From contig CAYSBJ010000001.1 of assembly GCA_964429275.1 (NCBI GenBank), forward strand, positions 327,776-391,775: 64,000 nucleotides of DNA. Reading direction: 5' to 3'. The notes beneath the pieces were generated by a model. It had not been told where the DNA came from. It did no database searches and saw nothing but the letters and a program-made list of their open reading frames with translations. Origin of the DNA: an uncultured Pseudomonadota bacterium (GTDB lineage: Bacteria; Babelota; Babeliae; Babelales; JAUPTZ01). This document shows, piece after piece, positions 30,589-40,275 of the stretch (the stretch's first letter is position 1; each line of letters begins with the position of its first letter). Position numbers and translations under genes: made by a program.

Positions 30589-32384
30589 GCTCATTGTTTA
30601 GCTTTATTAAGCAGCAGGTGCCTATTGTACAAGAAGTTGGTCGCTATGTACGATTGCGCCAGGCTGGTTCATATCTGAAAGGTTCCTGTCCATTCCACAA
30701 GGAAACCGATGCGTCGTTTACCGTTAGTCCCGATAAAGGGATTTTTTATTGTTTTGGGTGTCATGCAACGGGGGACGTGCTTTCGTTTGTGGCAAAAGTA
30801 GAAAATTTGAGCCCATTTGAGGCGGCAAAGCAACTTATCGATTCGCATGGTCTGAAAGTTCCTGAAGAATTGCTTCGTCATGCCGCAAGCGGTGTAAAGC
30901 AAAGCGAGGAAAAAGCTTCGTACTTTGCCTTGCACAAGTGTGTTGCAGTGTGGGCACATCAACAGCTTCGAGCGCATAAGCATGCCTATGACTATGTGTT
31001 GGCGCGCGGCATTACTGATCAAATGATTGACCTTTTTATGATTGGTTTTTTCCCCTCTGGTACGCGGGCGATGAATATGTTGTTGTCGCTAGGGATGAAG
31101 GAAAATATTTTGGCTAAAGATTTGATGGAGGCCGGTGTTTTATATGATTCCGGTAAGATGCAAATGCATTCGCCGTTTGAAGATCGCATAGTGTTTCCCA
31201 TTACCGATGTTCTTGGCCGCTATTGCGGATTTGGGGGGCGTGTTTTTGTGGCAAACGATGATCGTGCTAAGTATTACAATAGCAAGGAATCGCCGTTTTT
31301 TGTAAAAGGGTCGTTGCTCTTTGGGTACAGTGTTGCCAAAAAAAGTATGCAAGAGCGTAAAGCAGTCTTTTTGGTGGAAGGGTATACCGATTGCGTTATG
31401 ATGGCGCAGTATGGTTACACTAATGTAGTTGCTACGCTGGGAACCGCCTGCACGAAAGAACATTTACAGCTTTTGGCCCGTTCGGTTGAAGTTGTGTACG
31501 TTATGTATGATGGCGACAAGGCAGGGCGAAAAGCAATGTTACGGCTGGCAAATTTGTGCTGGCAAGTGGATCTTGAGCTTCAGGTTGTAACGTTGCCAAA
31601 CAATTTAGATCCCGCTGCGTATCTCAAGCAATGCCATTCGTTGGCAGAAGTGCTGCCGCAAGCGCAAGATATATTTACTTTTTTCGTGAGTGCCACTGCA
31701 GAAGAGTTTTCGCAGAAAAATCTGGCAGAAAAGATGCGCATTATCGATGAAGTCCTGGAAGTTATTGCAAAAATTTCTGACGTTGTGAAGCGTGATGTGC
31801 TGCTTCAGCAGCTAAGCCATGTGGTGAGCGTGCCTATTGCTGCGTTACGTATCAAGTTGCAGGAGCAAGTAAACGCATTTCTCAACACTGAGCAGTCCCG
31901 CATGGCGGCGCCAGTTGTGTCGGAGGTGGCAATTCCTGGTCATGAGGCGGTTGATGCACAGCTTATTGCGATTAGTTTGAATAGTTTTTTACAGAATACA
32001 CCGCATCATATTCCATCTGACGTCGTGGCAATGTTGCCGCCTCGTGCGCGCTTAATTCATGAACATATTCTGCGTGAGCATCAAGATCATGCAGGGGTGG
32101 CGCTTATTGATGCTGTTCTTGTACGCCTTTCAGAGGAGCAACGACAGTGGCTGACTGCCGCCCTTACCTTTCATGGTGGGCAAGTGAATGAGCAGGAGTT
32201 TGCTGCGCTTATCAATAAAGTGGTACAGCAACGATGGAAAGAAATGGTTGGCCAAATTCGCCACGATATTGCACAGGCGTCGGCGGAGGGGAATACGGAA
32301 AAAGTTGAAGAGCTGTTGAGCAATTTTGCGCAATGGAAAGAACAAATACAACAAAAGGGGCATATGCTATGGCAAAAAAAATGA
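30585..32384 (+). CDS. dnaG: DNA primase
   Basis: CPFH...CFGC zinc finger, KYYNS, VEGYTD, YDGDKAG; GTG start coupled to the upstream stop. Confidence 0.96.
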   Translation: MSSLFSFIKQQVPIVQEVGRYVRLRQAGSYLKGSCPFHKETDASFTVSPDKGIFYCFGCHATGDVLSFVAKVENLSPFEAAKQLIDSHGLKVPEELLRHAASGVKQSEEKASYFALHKCVAVWAHQQLRAHKHAYDYVLARGITDQMIDLFMIGFFPSGTRAMNMLLSLGMKENILAKDLMEAGVLYDSGKMQMHSPFEDRIVFPITDVLGRYCGFGGRVFVANDDRAKYYNSKESPFFVKGSLLFGYSVAKKSMQERKAVFLVEGYTDCVMMAQYGYTNVVATLGTACTKEHLQLLARSVEVVYVMYDGDKAGRKAMLRLANLCWQVDLELQVVTLPNNLDPAAYLKQCHSLAEVLPQAQDIFTFFVSATAEEFSQKNLAEKMRIIDEVLEVIAKISDVVKRDVLLQQLSHVVSVPIAALRIKLQEQVNAFLNTEQSRMAAPVVSEVAIPGHEAVDAQLIAISLNSFLQNTPHHIPSDVVAMLPPRARLIHEHILREHQDHAGVALIDAVLVRLSEEQRQWLTAALTFHGGQVNEQEFAALINKVVQQRWKEMVGQIRHDIAQASAEGNTEKVEELLSNFAQWKEQIQQKGHMLWQKK

Positions 32385-34555
32385 CTAAGGAGCTGGAGCT
32401 TGCAGCAAACGAATTGCTTGCCAAAGCGGACGCGCTAGAGAGAGAAAAGAAGAAAAAAGAAGCTTCGATGGCTAAAGCTTTGAAGCGACGTCGTCCAGAA
32501 GATGCAGCAGTTGAAGCAGTTGCCAAAGCAAAGGCCTATGATGATGAGGATGAGATTGAGGTAAAGCCAAAACCGTCTTCAAAGCCGGTCATAAAAATGG
32601 TTGATACGAAACCAATAGTGATAAAAACTGATGTTGAGTATGCCGAGCTTGAAAAACGTGAAGAAGAAGAGGATATGTCTCTTCCTATTGATGCTCTTGT
32701 GCCGCATGAAGAAGATACTGAGAATCGTCGCTTTCCGTTTACCGAACAGTTTGAGATTTTAGTACAAAAGGGTCGTGTTGAGGGTATGCTTACCTACGAA
32801 GAATTAACCGCTTTTGCACAAAAATATGCTATGACTGAAGAGGAATATTCTGACGTTTTGCGTATCCTGGAAAAAGAAAACATCGATTTGATCTCGCAAG
32901 AAGATTTGACGTCTGATATTTCAGTAGAAGACTTTTTGAAAGAAGATGAAACTTCTTTTCTTCCAAACAAGCAAACGAACATATCTAATTCTTTAGCCTC
33001 GGTGGATTTAGCGGCCGATGTAGAAGGGGACGATGAGTTTGGCGACAATCCGGATGGCGCAGAAAAATCAAAAATGTTCAGTGAGCCTGGCCAGTTAAAT
33101 GACCCGGTAAAGCTGTATCTTAAAGAAATTGGCCGTATTCCGTTGTTGAATAAGGAAACGGAACAAGTACTTGCTGACGCAATTGCGCAGTCTAAGCGCG
33201 AGTCGATTGATGCGGTCGCGCAGTTTCCTTTTGTTGCTAAAGAATTCGTTTCATTTCGTGAAAAATTAGCGCGTGATCCGTTGATGCTCAAGAATATCAT
33301 TCAGTTCTCAAGCTTTGACGAAGACAACTTGCCGATGCTTGAAGAAGAGCGTACACGATTCTTTGGATACATCGACACTGCTGAGCAGTTAATGAAGAAC
33401 GAAGAAAAAATCTATAATTCGTATCGCGGTAAATTGGATACTGACGCTAAGAAAAAAGCGATGTTCAAGGAGATTGAACAGAACCGCGCTGCGCTTATCA
33501 ATACGCTCAAAGAAGTAGGTTTTGCCAACAAGCAGATCCGTAAGTTTGGTAAGCGGGTAGAAAAGCTGGCGCAAAAGCTGCAAGAGCGTCGCGAAGAGAT
33601 GCGCAAAATTCAAGAAAAAGTTGATTTCTACGCCGGAATAAAGAAGCAAAAAGAAGGGGATGCGCAGCTTCTCGAAGAAATGGAACGCAATATGCGTGCT
33701 GCTTCCAAAATGCTTAAGAAGGTTGAGTCTGAAGCTGGCTTGCCAAAAGAACGTATTTTGGCCTTATACAAGCAGTTTGTGACGGCACAAAACCGTGATA
33801 AAAATGCGAAGGATGACTTGGCACGTGCAAACCTTCGGTTGGTGGTTAACATTGCGAAGAAATATATCAACCGCGGCCTTCATTTCTTGGATTTGATTCA
33901 AGAAGGAAACATTGGCTTGCTCAAGGCAGTAGAAAAGTTTGTGTTTGAGCGTGGATTTAAGTTTTCAACCTATGCGACCTGGTGGATACGTCAGGCGATT
34001 ACGCGTGCAATCGCGGATCAATCTCGTACTATTCGTGTACCAGTACACATGGTGGAAACGCTTAATAAGATTAACAAGATCACCCGTGCTCATATGCAGG
34101 AAACCGGTCGTGAACCGTCATACGCACAGTTGGCTCGTGAGCTTAACCTTGATGAAAAAAAGGTTAAGAATATTATTAAGATTTCAAAAGAACCAATTTC
34201 TCTTGAAACACCAGTGGGCGACAGCGATGACACGCAGTTGAAAGACTTTATTGAGGACGGAAACGAATACACACCAATGGAAGCGGTGGTAAACGACGAT
34301 CTCAAAGAAAAAGTGCGTGAAATTCTCAAGACTTTAACGCCGCGTGAGGAAAAAGTGCTCAAGATGCGTTTTGGTATTGACGTCGCATCAGAACATACTC
34401 TTGAAGAGGTTGGTAAAGACTTCTCGGTAACGCGTGAGCGTATCCGTCAAATCGAAGTAAAAGCTCTCCGTAAGCTGCGTCATCCATCACGATCCAAGCG
34501 GCTGCAAAGCTTCTTTAACAGTGATGACAATGATACGTTGGGGGATGCAGAGTAA
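32369..34555 (+). CDS. rpoD: Primary sigma factor RpoD
   Basis: [57 protein letters not shown]. Confidence 0.98.
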   Translation: MAKKMTKELELAANELLAKADALEREKKKKEASMAKALKRRRPEDAAVEAVAKAKAYDDEDEIEVKPKPSSKPVIKMVDTKPIVIKTDVEYAELEKREEEEDMSLPIDALVPHEEDTENRRFPFTEQFEILVQKGRVEGMLTYEELTAFAQKYAMTEEEYSDVLRILEKENIDLISQEDLTSDISVEDFLKEDETSFLPNKQTNISNSLASVDLAADVEGDDEFGDNPDGAEKSKMFSEPGQLNDPVKLYLKEIGRIPLLNKETEQVLADAIAQSKRESIDAVAQFPFVAKEFVSFREKLARDPLMLKNIIQFSSFDEDNLPMLEEERTRFFGYIDTAEQLMKNEEKIYNSYRGKLDTDAKKKAMFKEIEQNRAALINTLKEVGFANKQIRKFGKRVEKLAQKLQERREEMRKIQEKVDFYAGIKKQKEGDAQLLEEMERNMRAASKMLKKVESEAGLPKERILALYKQFVTAQNRDKNAKDDLARANLRLVVNIAKKYINRGLHFLDLIQEGNIGLLKAVEKFVFERGFKFSTYATWWIRQAITRAIADQSRTIRVPVHMVETLNKINKITRAHMQETGREPSYAQLARELNLDEKKVKNIIKISKEPISLETPVGDSDDTQLKDFIEDGNEYTPMEAVVNDDLKEKVREILKTLTPREEKVLKMRFGIDVASEHTLEEVGKDFSVTRERIRQIEVKALRKLRHPSRSKRLQSFFNSDDNDTLGDAE

Positions 34556-34568
34556 CAATCATTGAAGC

Positions 34569-34751
34569 GGGAAATGGAGTAAATCGTTGCATTGCGTTTA
34601 CGTAATAGTGCACGCTGGTGGCGATTAGCAAGACTGTGTTCGCGATGCCCATCGTTTGATGAGTATCATGAGTCTGTTAATCAGTACGCTCCATTTCCCC
34701 TGTCTATACTGCCAAGGCTTATGGTCTTTGCGTTTAGGCAGGGTTTTTTTT
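34569..34751 (+). ncRNA. Candidate structured RNA (family unidentified) plus terminator-like hairpin
   Basis: GGGAAATGGAG (34569) pairs with CTCCATTTCCC (34689), enclosing nested stems; followed by CTGCC...GGCAG and a T-run. Confidence 0.4.
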
Positions 34752-34770
34752 GATGGGTCTGCGGTTTTTT

Positions 34771-35538
34771 ATGAATTATTATCTTATTCGCGTTGCATAC
34801 GATGGCACGGCATACTCTGGGTGGCAAATTCAACCAAATGCAGTCTCTGTATGTGGTGTCTTGCAAGAGCGTTTTGCCAAAGTTTTTGGGGTGCCATGTA
34901 CTATTGTGGGAGCCTCACGAACCGATGCTGGTGTGCATGCCTATGATCAAGTTGCGCGGGTGAGCACAACGCTTGCGTTGTCACCGGTACACATGCTGCG
35001 TGCATGGGGAAATCGATTGCCCAGTGATATCGTGATTCGGGTTATTACAGAAACTGATGCTTCATTTCATCCGCAGTATCATGTGGCTTATAAAGAATAT
35101 TGGTATCATCTTTTTTGTGCGCGCCCATTGCCGTTTTTAGGTCGTTTTGGTACAGCGTTGCCGGAGTATGTCCATAGCTTTGATGTGCCGTTGTTTACAC
35201 GGACTTTACAGTTGTTTGAGGGTGAACATGATTTTACTTCTTTTGCGCGCATAGAAGAGGGGTATAATCCGGTACGGACTGTTGATTCTATTCGCGTCGA
35301 AGAGCTTAAGCGGTATAATACGATTCGTGTTGTGGTGCGAGGAGAAGGTTTTTTACGGTATCAAATTCGGCGAATGGTTGGTGCAGCAGTGATGGTGGCG
35401 CGAGATGGTGCAGCAGTATCGTATGATGATATTCGTTCGTTGCTGCAAACGCCACAACGAACGTCGCCGGCTTTTTTTAATATAGATGCGCAGGGGTTGT
35501 GCCTGCGAAAGATTGTGTATAAGAAGGATTTGCTATGA
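34771..35538 (+). CDS. truA: tRNA pseudouridine(38-40) synthase
   Basis: YDGTAYSGWQ, GASRTDAGVHA, GEHDFTSF, FLRYQIRRMVG. Confidence 0.96.
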   Translation: MNYYLIRVAYDGTAYSGWQIQPNAVSVCGVLQERFAKVFGVPCTIVGASRTDAGVHAYDQVARVSTTLALSPVHMLRAWGNRLPSDIVIRVITETDASFHPQYHVAYKEYWYHLFCARPLPFLGRFGTALPEYVHSFDVPLFTRTLQLFEGEHDFTSFARIEEGYNPVRTVDSIRVEELKRYNTIRVVVRGEGFLRYQIRRMVGAAVMVARDGAAVSYDDIRSLLQTPQRTSPAFFNIDAQGLCLRKIVYKKDLL

Positions 35539-36164
35539 ACAACGTGTACTCCAGACTGTGGACTAGCCTTGGCGGCGGCCTTATTTTTTTTGGTCTTTAT
35601 GCCTTACTTCCTTCTCTTTTTATCTGCCTTTTATTTTCTCTTTCGTGTTATATGGTACTTGTTGAATGGCCGCGCGTGCGTGGTGGCTATGACATTGCGA
35701 GCGTGTACCCTATTGCGGCTCTTGGCCTCCTACTTGCGCATGTGGTGCAGTGGCATAGAGTGGCCCCCTGGTATGGCCTCTATCCGTTTCTTGCTGCCTG
35801 GGTGGTTGATGCGGTGGCGTATTTTGTCGGTTCTTGGTATGGAAGGCATTTATGCTGGCCACAGATTAGTCCCCGCAAAACCTGGGAAGGGGTTGTCGGT
35901 GGTACTGCCGCGCTGGTCCTTTGCCATTTGGGATTGTCGGTTTTTGGTGCAACAACAGCCTCGTGGTGGTTTATGTTGTTGAGTGGTGTGGTGGTAGCAA
36001 CAGCCGCCATGCTTGGTGACCTGGTTATGTCTTGGTACAAGCGCCAACAGGGTATCAAAGATACTGGAGGCATGTTGCCGGGGCATGGCGGGTTGTTGGA
36101 TCGTTTTGACTCGGTATTGACCGTTATACTCGTTGTTAAATTGGCTGAATTTCTTAGATCGTAG
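35535..36164 (+). CDS. cdsA: Phosphatidate cytidylyltransferase
   Basis: ISPRKTWEG, GDLVMSWYKR, KDTGGMLPGHGGLLDRFDS. Confidence 0.95.
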   Translation: MNNVYSRLWTSLGGGLIFFGLYALLPSLFICLLFSLSCYMVLVEWPRVRGGYDIASVYPIAALGLLLAHVVQWHRVAPWYGLYPFLAAWVVDAVAYFVGSWYGRHLCWPQISPRKTWEGVVGGTAALVLCHLGLSVFGATTASWWFMLLSGVVVATAAMLGDLVMSWYKRQQGIKDTGGMLPGHGGLLDRFDSVLTVILVVKLAEFLRS

Positions 36165-36217
36165 TCATTTTTGTATAGTGGTCGCGGGGGATTTTCAACA
36201 ATTGCGTGTACGATTGA

Positions 36218-37111
36218 TTAATCAACGAGGCCTTCAAAGTTAAAAAAATTTTTTCTTGCCTTCTTTGGCCGTGTTGCTTGTGTAACTCTATTCCCCCGGT
36301 TTTCTTTTTGGTTGACTGCTTTTGCAAGGCCCGCAAAAAAGAGTTCTTCTAAGGCTTTACGCTCTGAGGTAGAGTTCAGGTCAGATTTTGCTATTTCTGC
36401 TTCTATGATAGAAAGAAACCATTCAACTGACGCACTCGTGGGAGCGCAGTTTGGTATCCTGGAGTATAAATGAATGCTTGCGATGTAATTAAAAAGATCG
36501 ATTACGGCTTCTCGGCGATCATCTTCTTTTGTGGCATCTATTGTTTCGAGCAAGGTTAATTTTGTCTTTTCAAGATGTTGATATACGCTTTGTCTGAGTA
36601 GAACTCTAATTTCACACGCATCGGTGTAGGATACAAACTGTTTGTTGCACCATTCAAGAAGCTCAAACGTTTCTGTCCAAGCATTTGCATGGCTCCGGTT
36701 TTTTAGATTATGAGCACCCCAGAGTAGTAGTGTAAGGTATGTAACATACGTTTCTTCAGTATACGGCTGACCGAGTTTCCCAAAGGCTTCTTCACTGCGA
36801 AGATAGTGGGCGAAAATGTTTTTAATATTATATTCCTCAGCTTGTGTTTTGTCTGGCCAGAGTGACAGTAAAACCGCCTCAACATCTCGTGCATATTCTT
36901 CTGCTGCTGCGGAAAAACTCGATATGCGTGGTTGTGTGGCAGCTACTACTGAATGTGCTGGAGCGACATCGCGGAATGGACTTGCAAGCACGACAGCCGG
37001 TGATGAAAGTGTAGCCTCGGCTGCTGACTGGGGCGCGGGAAGCGTAAGCTCAATCCCGATTAATGGTAGAGGAGACGCGATAACAAATAAGGAAATGGCA
37101 AAGTTCTTCAT
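36218..37111 (-). CDS. Hypothetical exported helical protein with basic C-terminal tail
   Basis: Signal-peptide-like start, AAGGAG RBS, tail RPKKARK. Confidence 0.7.
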   Translation of the reverse strand: MKNFAISLFVIASPLPLIGIELTLPAPQSAAEATLSSPAVVLASPFRDVAPAHSVVAATQPRISSFSAAAEEYARDVEAVLLSLWPDKTQAEEYNIKNIFAHYLRSEEAFGKLGQPYTEETYVTYLTLLLWGAHNLKNRSHANAWTETFELLEWCNKQFVSYTDACEIRVLLRQSVYQHLEKTKLTLLETIDATKEDDRREAVIDLFNYIASIHLYSRIPNCAPTSASVEWFLSIIEAEIAKSDLNSTSERKALEELFFAGLAKAVNQKENRGNRVTQATRPKKARKNFFNFEGLVD

Positions 37112-37168
37112 GAGGCAAATACTCCTTGAGTTGTAGGCGCGGGGAGTGTTAGTTTAGAAAAGTTGCCT

Positions 37169-38416
37169 TTATGAGATCAATGATTGCGCGTACGAAGTTA
37201 AATCTTCTTGGCTAACGCTAATTTCGTTGCCGCTCTCCATATCTTTTACCCGAACTACTCCTTCATTCCTTTCCTGTTCACCAATTAAAATGAGCCAGCG
37301 AATGCCGTCATTATTCGCCTTTTTCATGCCTTTTTTTATGCCGCCAACGATAATATCGGTGGCAAAGCCAGCCCGGTGAAGTGTTTGGTGTGCCAGGAGC
37401 GCAAGTGGATTGAGTGACTCGTCAAATGGTAAAATTCCAAAAACAGGAGATGGGGTAGGAATCGTATGCGGGTTGCCAGCAGCTTCAAGCAAGAGCACTA
37501 AGCGTTCCATGCCGATAGCAGCGCCAATAGAGGGAATGGCTTCTTTTTGGTCAAAAGCCGGCGCAAGGTCATAGCGTCCGCCGCCACAAAAGGTGCTTTG
37601 TGCCCCAAGAAGGGGCGAGGAAAATTCAAAAACGATGTTGTTGTAATAATCCAAACCACGAACCAAGAGTGGGTTGTGTATCCAACTAATGCTCAGGATG
37701 CTCAGCAGATCTTGTAATTCCTGCCATGCTTTTTGTGAGGTTGCCGAGAGGTGGTCAGTGAGATAGGGTGCTTTAGCGTAAAGGGCCTGGCAGTTCTCAT
37801 TTTTGCAATCAAAAACGCGAAGCATATTGGCTGTTGACCGAGCTTGACAGGTTGGGCAGATTTCAGCCATGTGCGTTTCTAAAAAGCTTTTAAGGGCCAA
37901 GCGATGGGCGGCGCGATCTTCTTTGGTTCCCAGGTAGTTGATGCTCAGAACGTAGTCATGGAGCCTGAGTTTGCGGGTGAACAGGTCATCAAGCAGGCTA
38001 ATGAATCGAACATCTTGGGCAACGGAGCTTACGTTGATAGCTTCTACATTAAACTGGGAGAATTGGCGCCATCGACCTTTTTGTGGTCGTTCATGACGAA
38101 ACATGGGGCCTTCACTAAAGACTTGCCATGGTTTAGTGGTGATGGCGGCTTCGAGATAGGCGCGCATGGTGCTGGCCGTTGCCTCTGGTCGGAGGCAGAA
38201 GACTTCGCGGTCGTTGGTGCTAAAAGTGTACATTTCTTTACCAACAATGTCGGTTTCTTCGCCGACTGAGCGTTTGAAGAGCCCTTCGTGTTCTAAGATG
38301 GGGGTTTGGATATGGGTAAAATGGGCTGTTGAGAAATGCTGATACGCTCTTTTATAGAGTGCGTCGTACGATCGCATGTCAAGCAAATCTTGGGTCCCTT
38401 TTACCTTCTTTATCAT
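37169..38416 (-). CDS. hisS: Histidine--tRNA ligase
   Basis: VKGTQD, LRPEATAS, FRHERPQKGRWRQFSQ, LVRGLDYY, GGGRYD. Confidence 0.97.
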   Translation of the reverse strand: MIKKVKGTQDLLDMRSYDALYKRAYQHFSTAHFTHIQTPILEHEGLFKRSVGEETDIVGKEMYTFSTNDREVFCLRPEATASTMRAYLEAAITTKPWQVFSEGPMFRHERPQKGRWRQFSQFNVEAINVSSVAQDVRFISLLDDLFTRKLRLHDYVLSINYLGTKEDRAAHRLALKSFLETHMAEICPTCQARSTANMLRVFDCKNENCQALYAKAPYLTDHLSATSQKAWQELQDLLSILSISWIHNPLLVRGLDYYNNIVFEFSSPLLGAQSTFCGGGRYDLAPAFDQKEAIPSIGAAIGMERLVLLLEAAGNPHTIPTPSPVFGILPFDESLNPLALLAHQTLHRAGFATDIIVGGIKKGMKKANNDGIRWLILIGEQERNEGVVRVKDMESGNEISVSQEDLTSYAQSLIS

Positions 38417-38596
38417 TGTCCTGCCTTCATTGTTGGTGCCAAAAACGCTATTTGCGTCAAGGGAATTACTATTGTATACTACTTTTCGTGCTGTAATCTT
38501 TTTAGGTTGCAGCATTATAGGTAAAACTATATCACATGGCCGGTTGGATTGGTAGTTGCTTGTTTTATAAATACCTCTCTGAGCGGCTTTTTTACA

Positions 38597-39619
38597 ATGA
38601 AAGAACAAACTATGAACGTAATTACCGCTTTGGCTAGTGCCATACAGCCTCTGGGGGATTCTTCACAACTGCTTCTTTTGGGAGCAATTGTGGTAGGCCT
38701 TCTGATAGGTGTGGCGCTTGTATACCGGTTCTGGCAACATCGAAAAGCAAAGGGGTTGCACCCGGTGCGGCAGGTGCTAAGTGTCGGTGTTGTTACCAGT
38801 CTTATCGATGATGCCATCTCGCCTGAAATTGGCGCGGCGTTTGACGGATTTATGCGTGAAACAATTGAAATTCTTGCCTCTCGTATGGGTAGCATGGCTC
38901 GCATCCAGCCAATTAAACCAGCTGATATTGAAAAAGCGTTGGTTGATGGAACGCTTGATTTTGTTATTGCTGACGGCAATGTGGCGCTGACCTTTTCGTC
39001 AAAAGTTGAATTAATGCCATGCTACGTCTCCTCATTGAGTTCGTTGGCGTTGATCTTTTGGGATAAAATGCCACATCACATGCTTACCTTGCATGATTTT
39101 GCGTTTTACGCGAATAACTCAACGGCCGTGTTGCGCAACTCGCTTGAAGAACATTACTTGTCGATGTTTGAGTCAATTAAGGTGAAACGGGTTGATACGC
39201 TTACTCGCCTGGTGGTTGATTTGAAGCTTGGTATTGTTCGCGCTGGTTTAGTACGCATGGAGCAAGCAAAGGCTTTGAAGCACGATTACAGTGCTATTAA
39301 GTTTATGCCGGTTTCATTGCAAAAGCAGTGCTTCATCCAAGATGAAAAGATTGCGGTTGCACGCGCAAATAAAGATCTTATTAAAGAGCTTGAAGTCAGA
39401 ACGGCCGGGTTACGCCGTGAAGGTATCATGAAAAAGATCCATGCGCGTTGGTTTGCGGGACTTCGTCCACGTTTGCCAAAGGCAGAAGTGCCAGCTGAAG
39501 AAGCACAGGTGCAACAACCGGTTGATCACGCTGAAGCACTATCACACATTGTTGTAGATAATGCGCAGCAAAACCAAAATTCACTATCTAATAAAAATCA
39601 GAACTCTGGCCAACAGTAA
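38597..39619 (+). CDS. Membrane-anchored solute-binding-domain protein (SBP family 3-like, divergent)
   Basis: N-terminal TM; ALVDGTLDFVI, DLKLGIVRAGL, IAVARANKDL, GIMKKIHARWF. Start uncertain (38597 or 38612). Confidence 0.6.
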   Translation: MKEQTMNVITALASAIQPLGDSSQLLLLGAIVVGLLIGVALVYRFWQHRKAKGLHPVRQVLSVGVVTSLIDDAISPEIGAAFDGFMRETIEILASRMGSMARIQPIKPADIEKALVDGTLDFVIADGNVALTFSSKVELMPCYVSSLSSLALIFWDKMPHHMLTLHDFAFYANNSTAVLRNSLEEHYLSMFESIKVKRVDTLTRLVVDLKLGIVRAGLVRMEQAKALKHDYSAIKFMPVSLQKQCFIQDEKIAVARANKDLIKELEVRTAGLRREGIMKKIHARWFAGLRPRLPKAEVPAEEAQVQQPVDHAEALSHIVVDNAQQNQNSLSNKNQNSGQQ

Positions 39620-39639
39620 TGTGGTTTTTGTGAAGTACT

Positions 39640-39680
39640 AAAAAAAGAGGCACTCCCGATTAAGGGGTGCCTCTTTTTTT
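39640..39680. terminator. Bidirectional intrinsic terminator
   Basis: A7-GAGGCACTCC...GGGGTGCCTC-T7. Confidence 0.85.
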
Positions 39681-39733
39681 AGCTTATAATCAAAACACTT
39701 TGAAATATTGTTCTTAGAGAGGTGCCAGCAGCA

Positions 39734-39762
39734 CGTCATTGCGAGGAGCTTTGCGGCAATCC
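39734..39762 (+). repeat. Single copy of CGTCATTGCGAG palindromic repeat
   Basis: CGTCATTGCGAGGAGCTTTGCGGCAATCC, 3 nt from the stop codon of the 39766 gene. Confidence 0.85.
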
Positions 39763-39765
39763 CCA

Positions 39766-40182
39766 TTATTTCTTTTTCGGATCTGTCGGTTCATCTTTTG
39801 TTGTGGTGTATTCATAAATTGCCCCGCTTGCCATGAGTGTGCTTGCAATCCCAAGTGCAGTGCGAAGCATATTATAATCGCCGCGTTTTGTGTGCAGGGC
39901 ATCAAGCTTGCTTTGGATAATCGCCAGCTCTGCTTTGAGTGGCTCTGCTATTTCTGGTTGCTTTTCTCTCAAAAGGAGGGTATTGAGGATGTTGCGCCGT
40001 TGCATCAGCGGATAGCGTGCGTGCGCGAGGCGACTGTATTTGTGTTGCATTATGCCCATAAGAATGGCCGAAAGGCCGGCACCGGTGGTGAGTGCGGTTG
40101 TTTTTTTTGTCATGCTTCCGTGCAGCGGTGTAGCGCCGATCAGCGTGCATAGAACTAAGAATCCATACTGTTTTAGTGTCAT
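39766..40182 (-). CDS. Small hypothetical exported protein with two hydrophobic segments
   Basis: MTLKQYGFLVLCTLIGATPLHG signal; GGGGGA RBS. Confidence 0.65.
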   Translation of the reverse strand: MTLKQYGFLVLCTLIGATPLHGSMTKKTTALTTGAGLSAILMGIMQHKYSRLAHARYPLMQRRNILNTLLLREKQPEIAEPLKAELAIIQSKLDALHTKRGDYNMLRTALGIASTLMASGAIYEYTTTKDEPTDPKKK

Positions 40183-40275
40183 AGTCGTCCCCCGTTTAAT
40201 TGTCCACCCGGACGCGCATGCGTCTTTCTGTGCATCCACACATCTATAGTATATAATCCGGAGCTAAAACTGCAA

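Noticed and set aside
34655..34675. TGATGAG as a hammerhead ribozyme core
   Set aside because: Lacks the leading C and a correctly placed GAAA.
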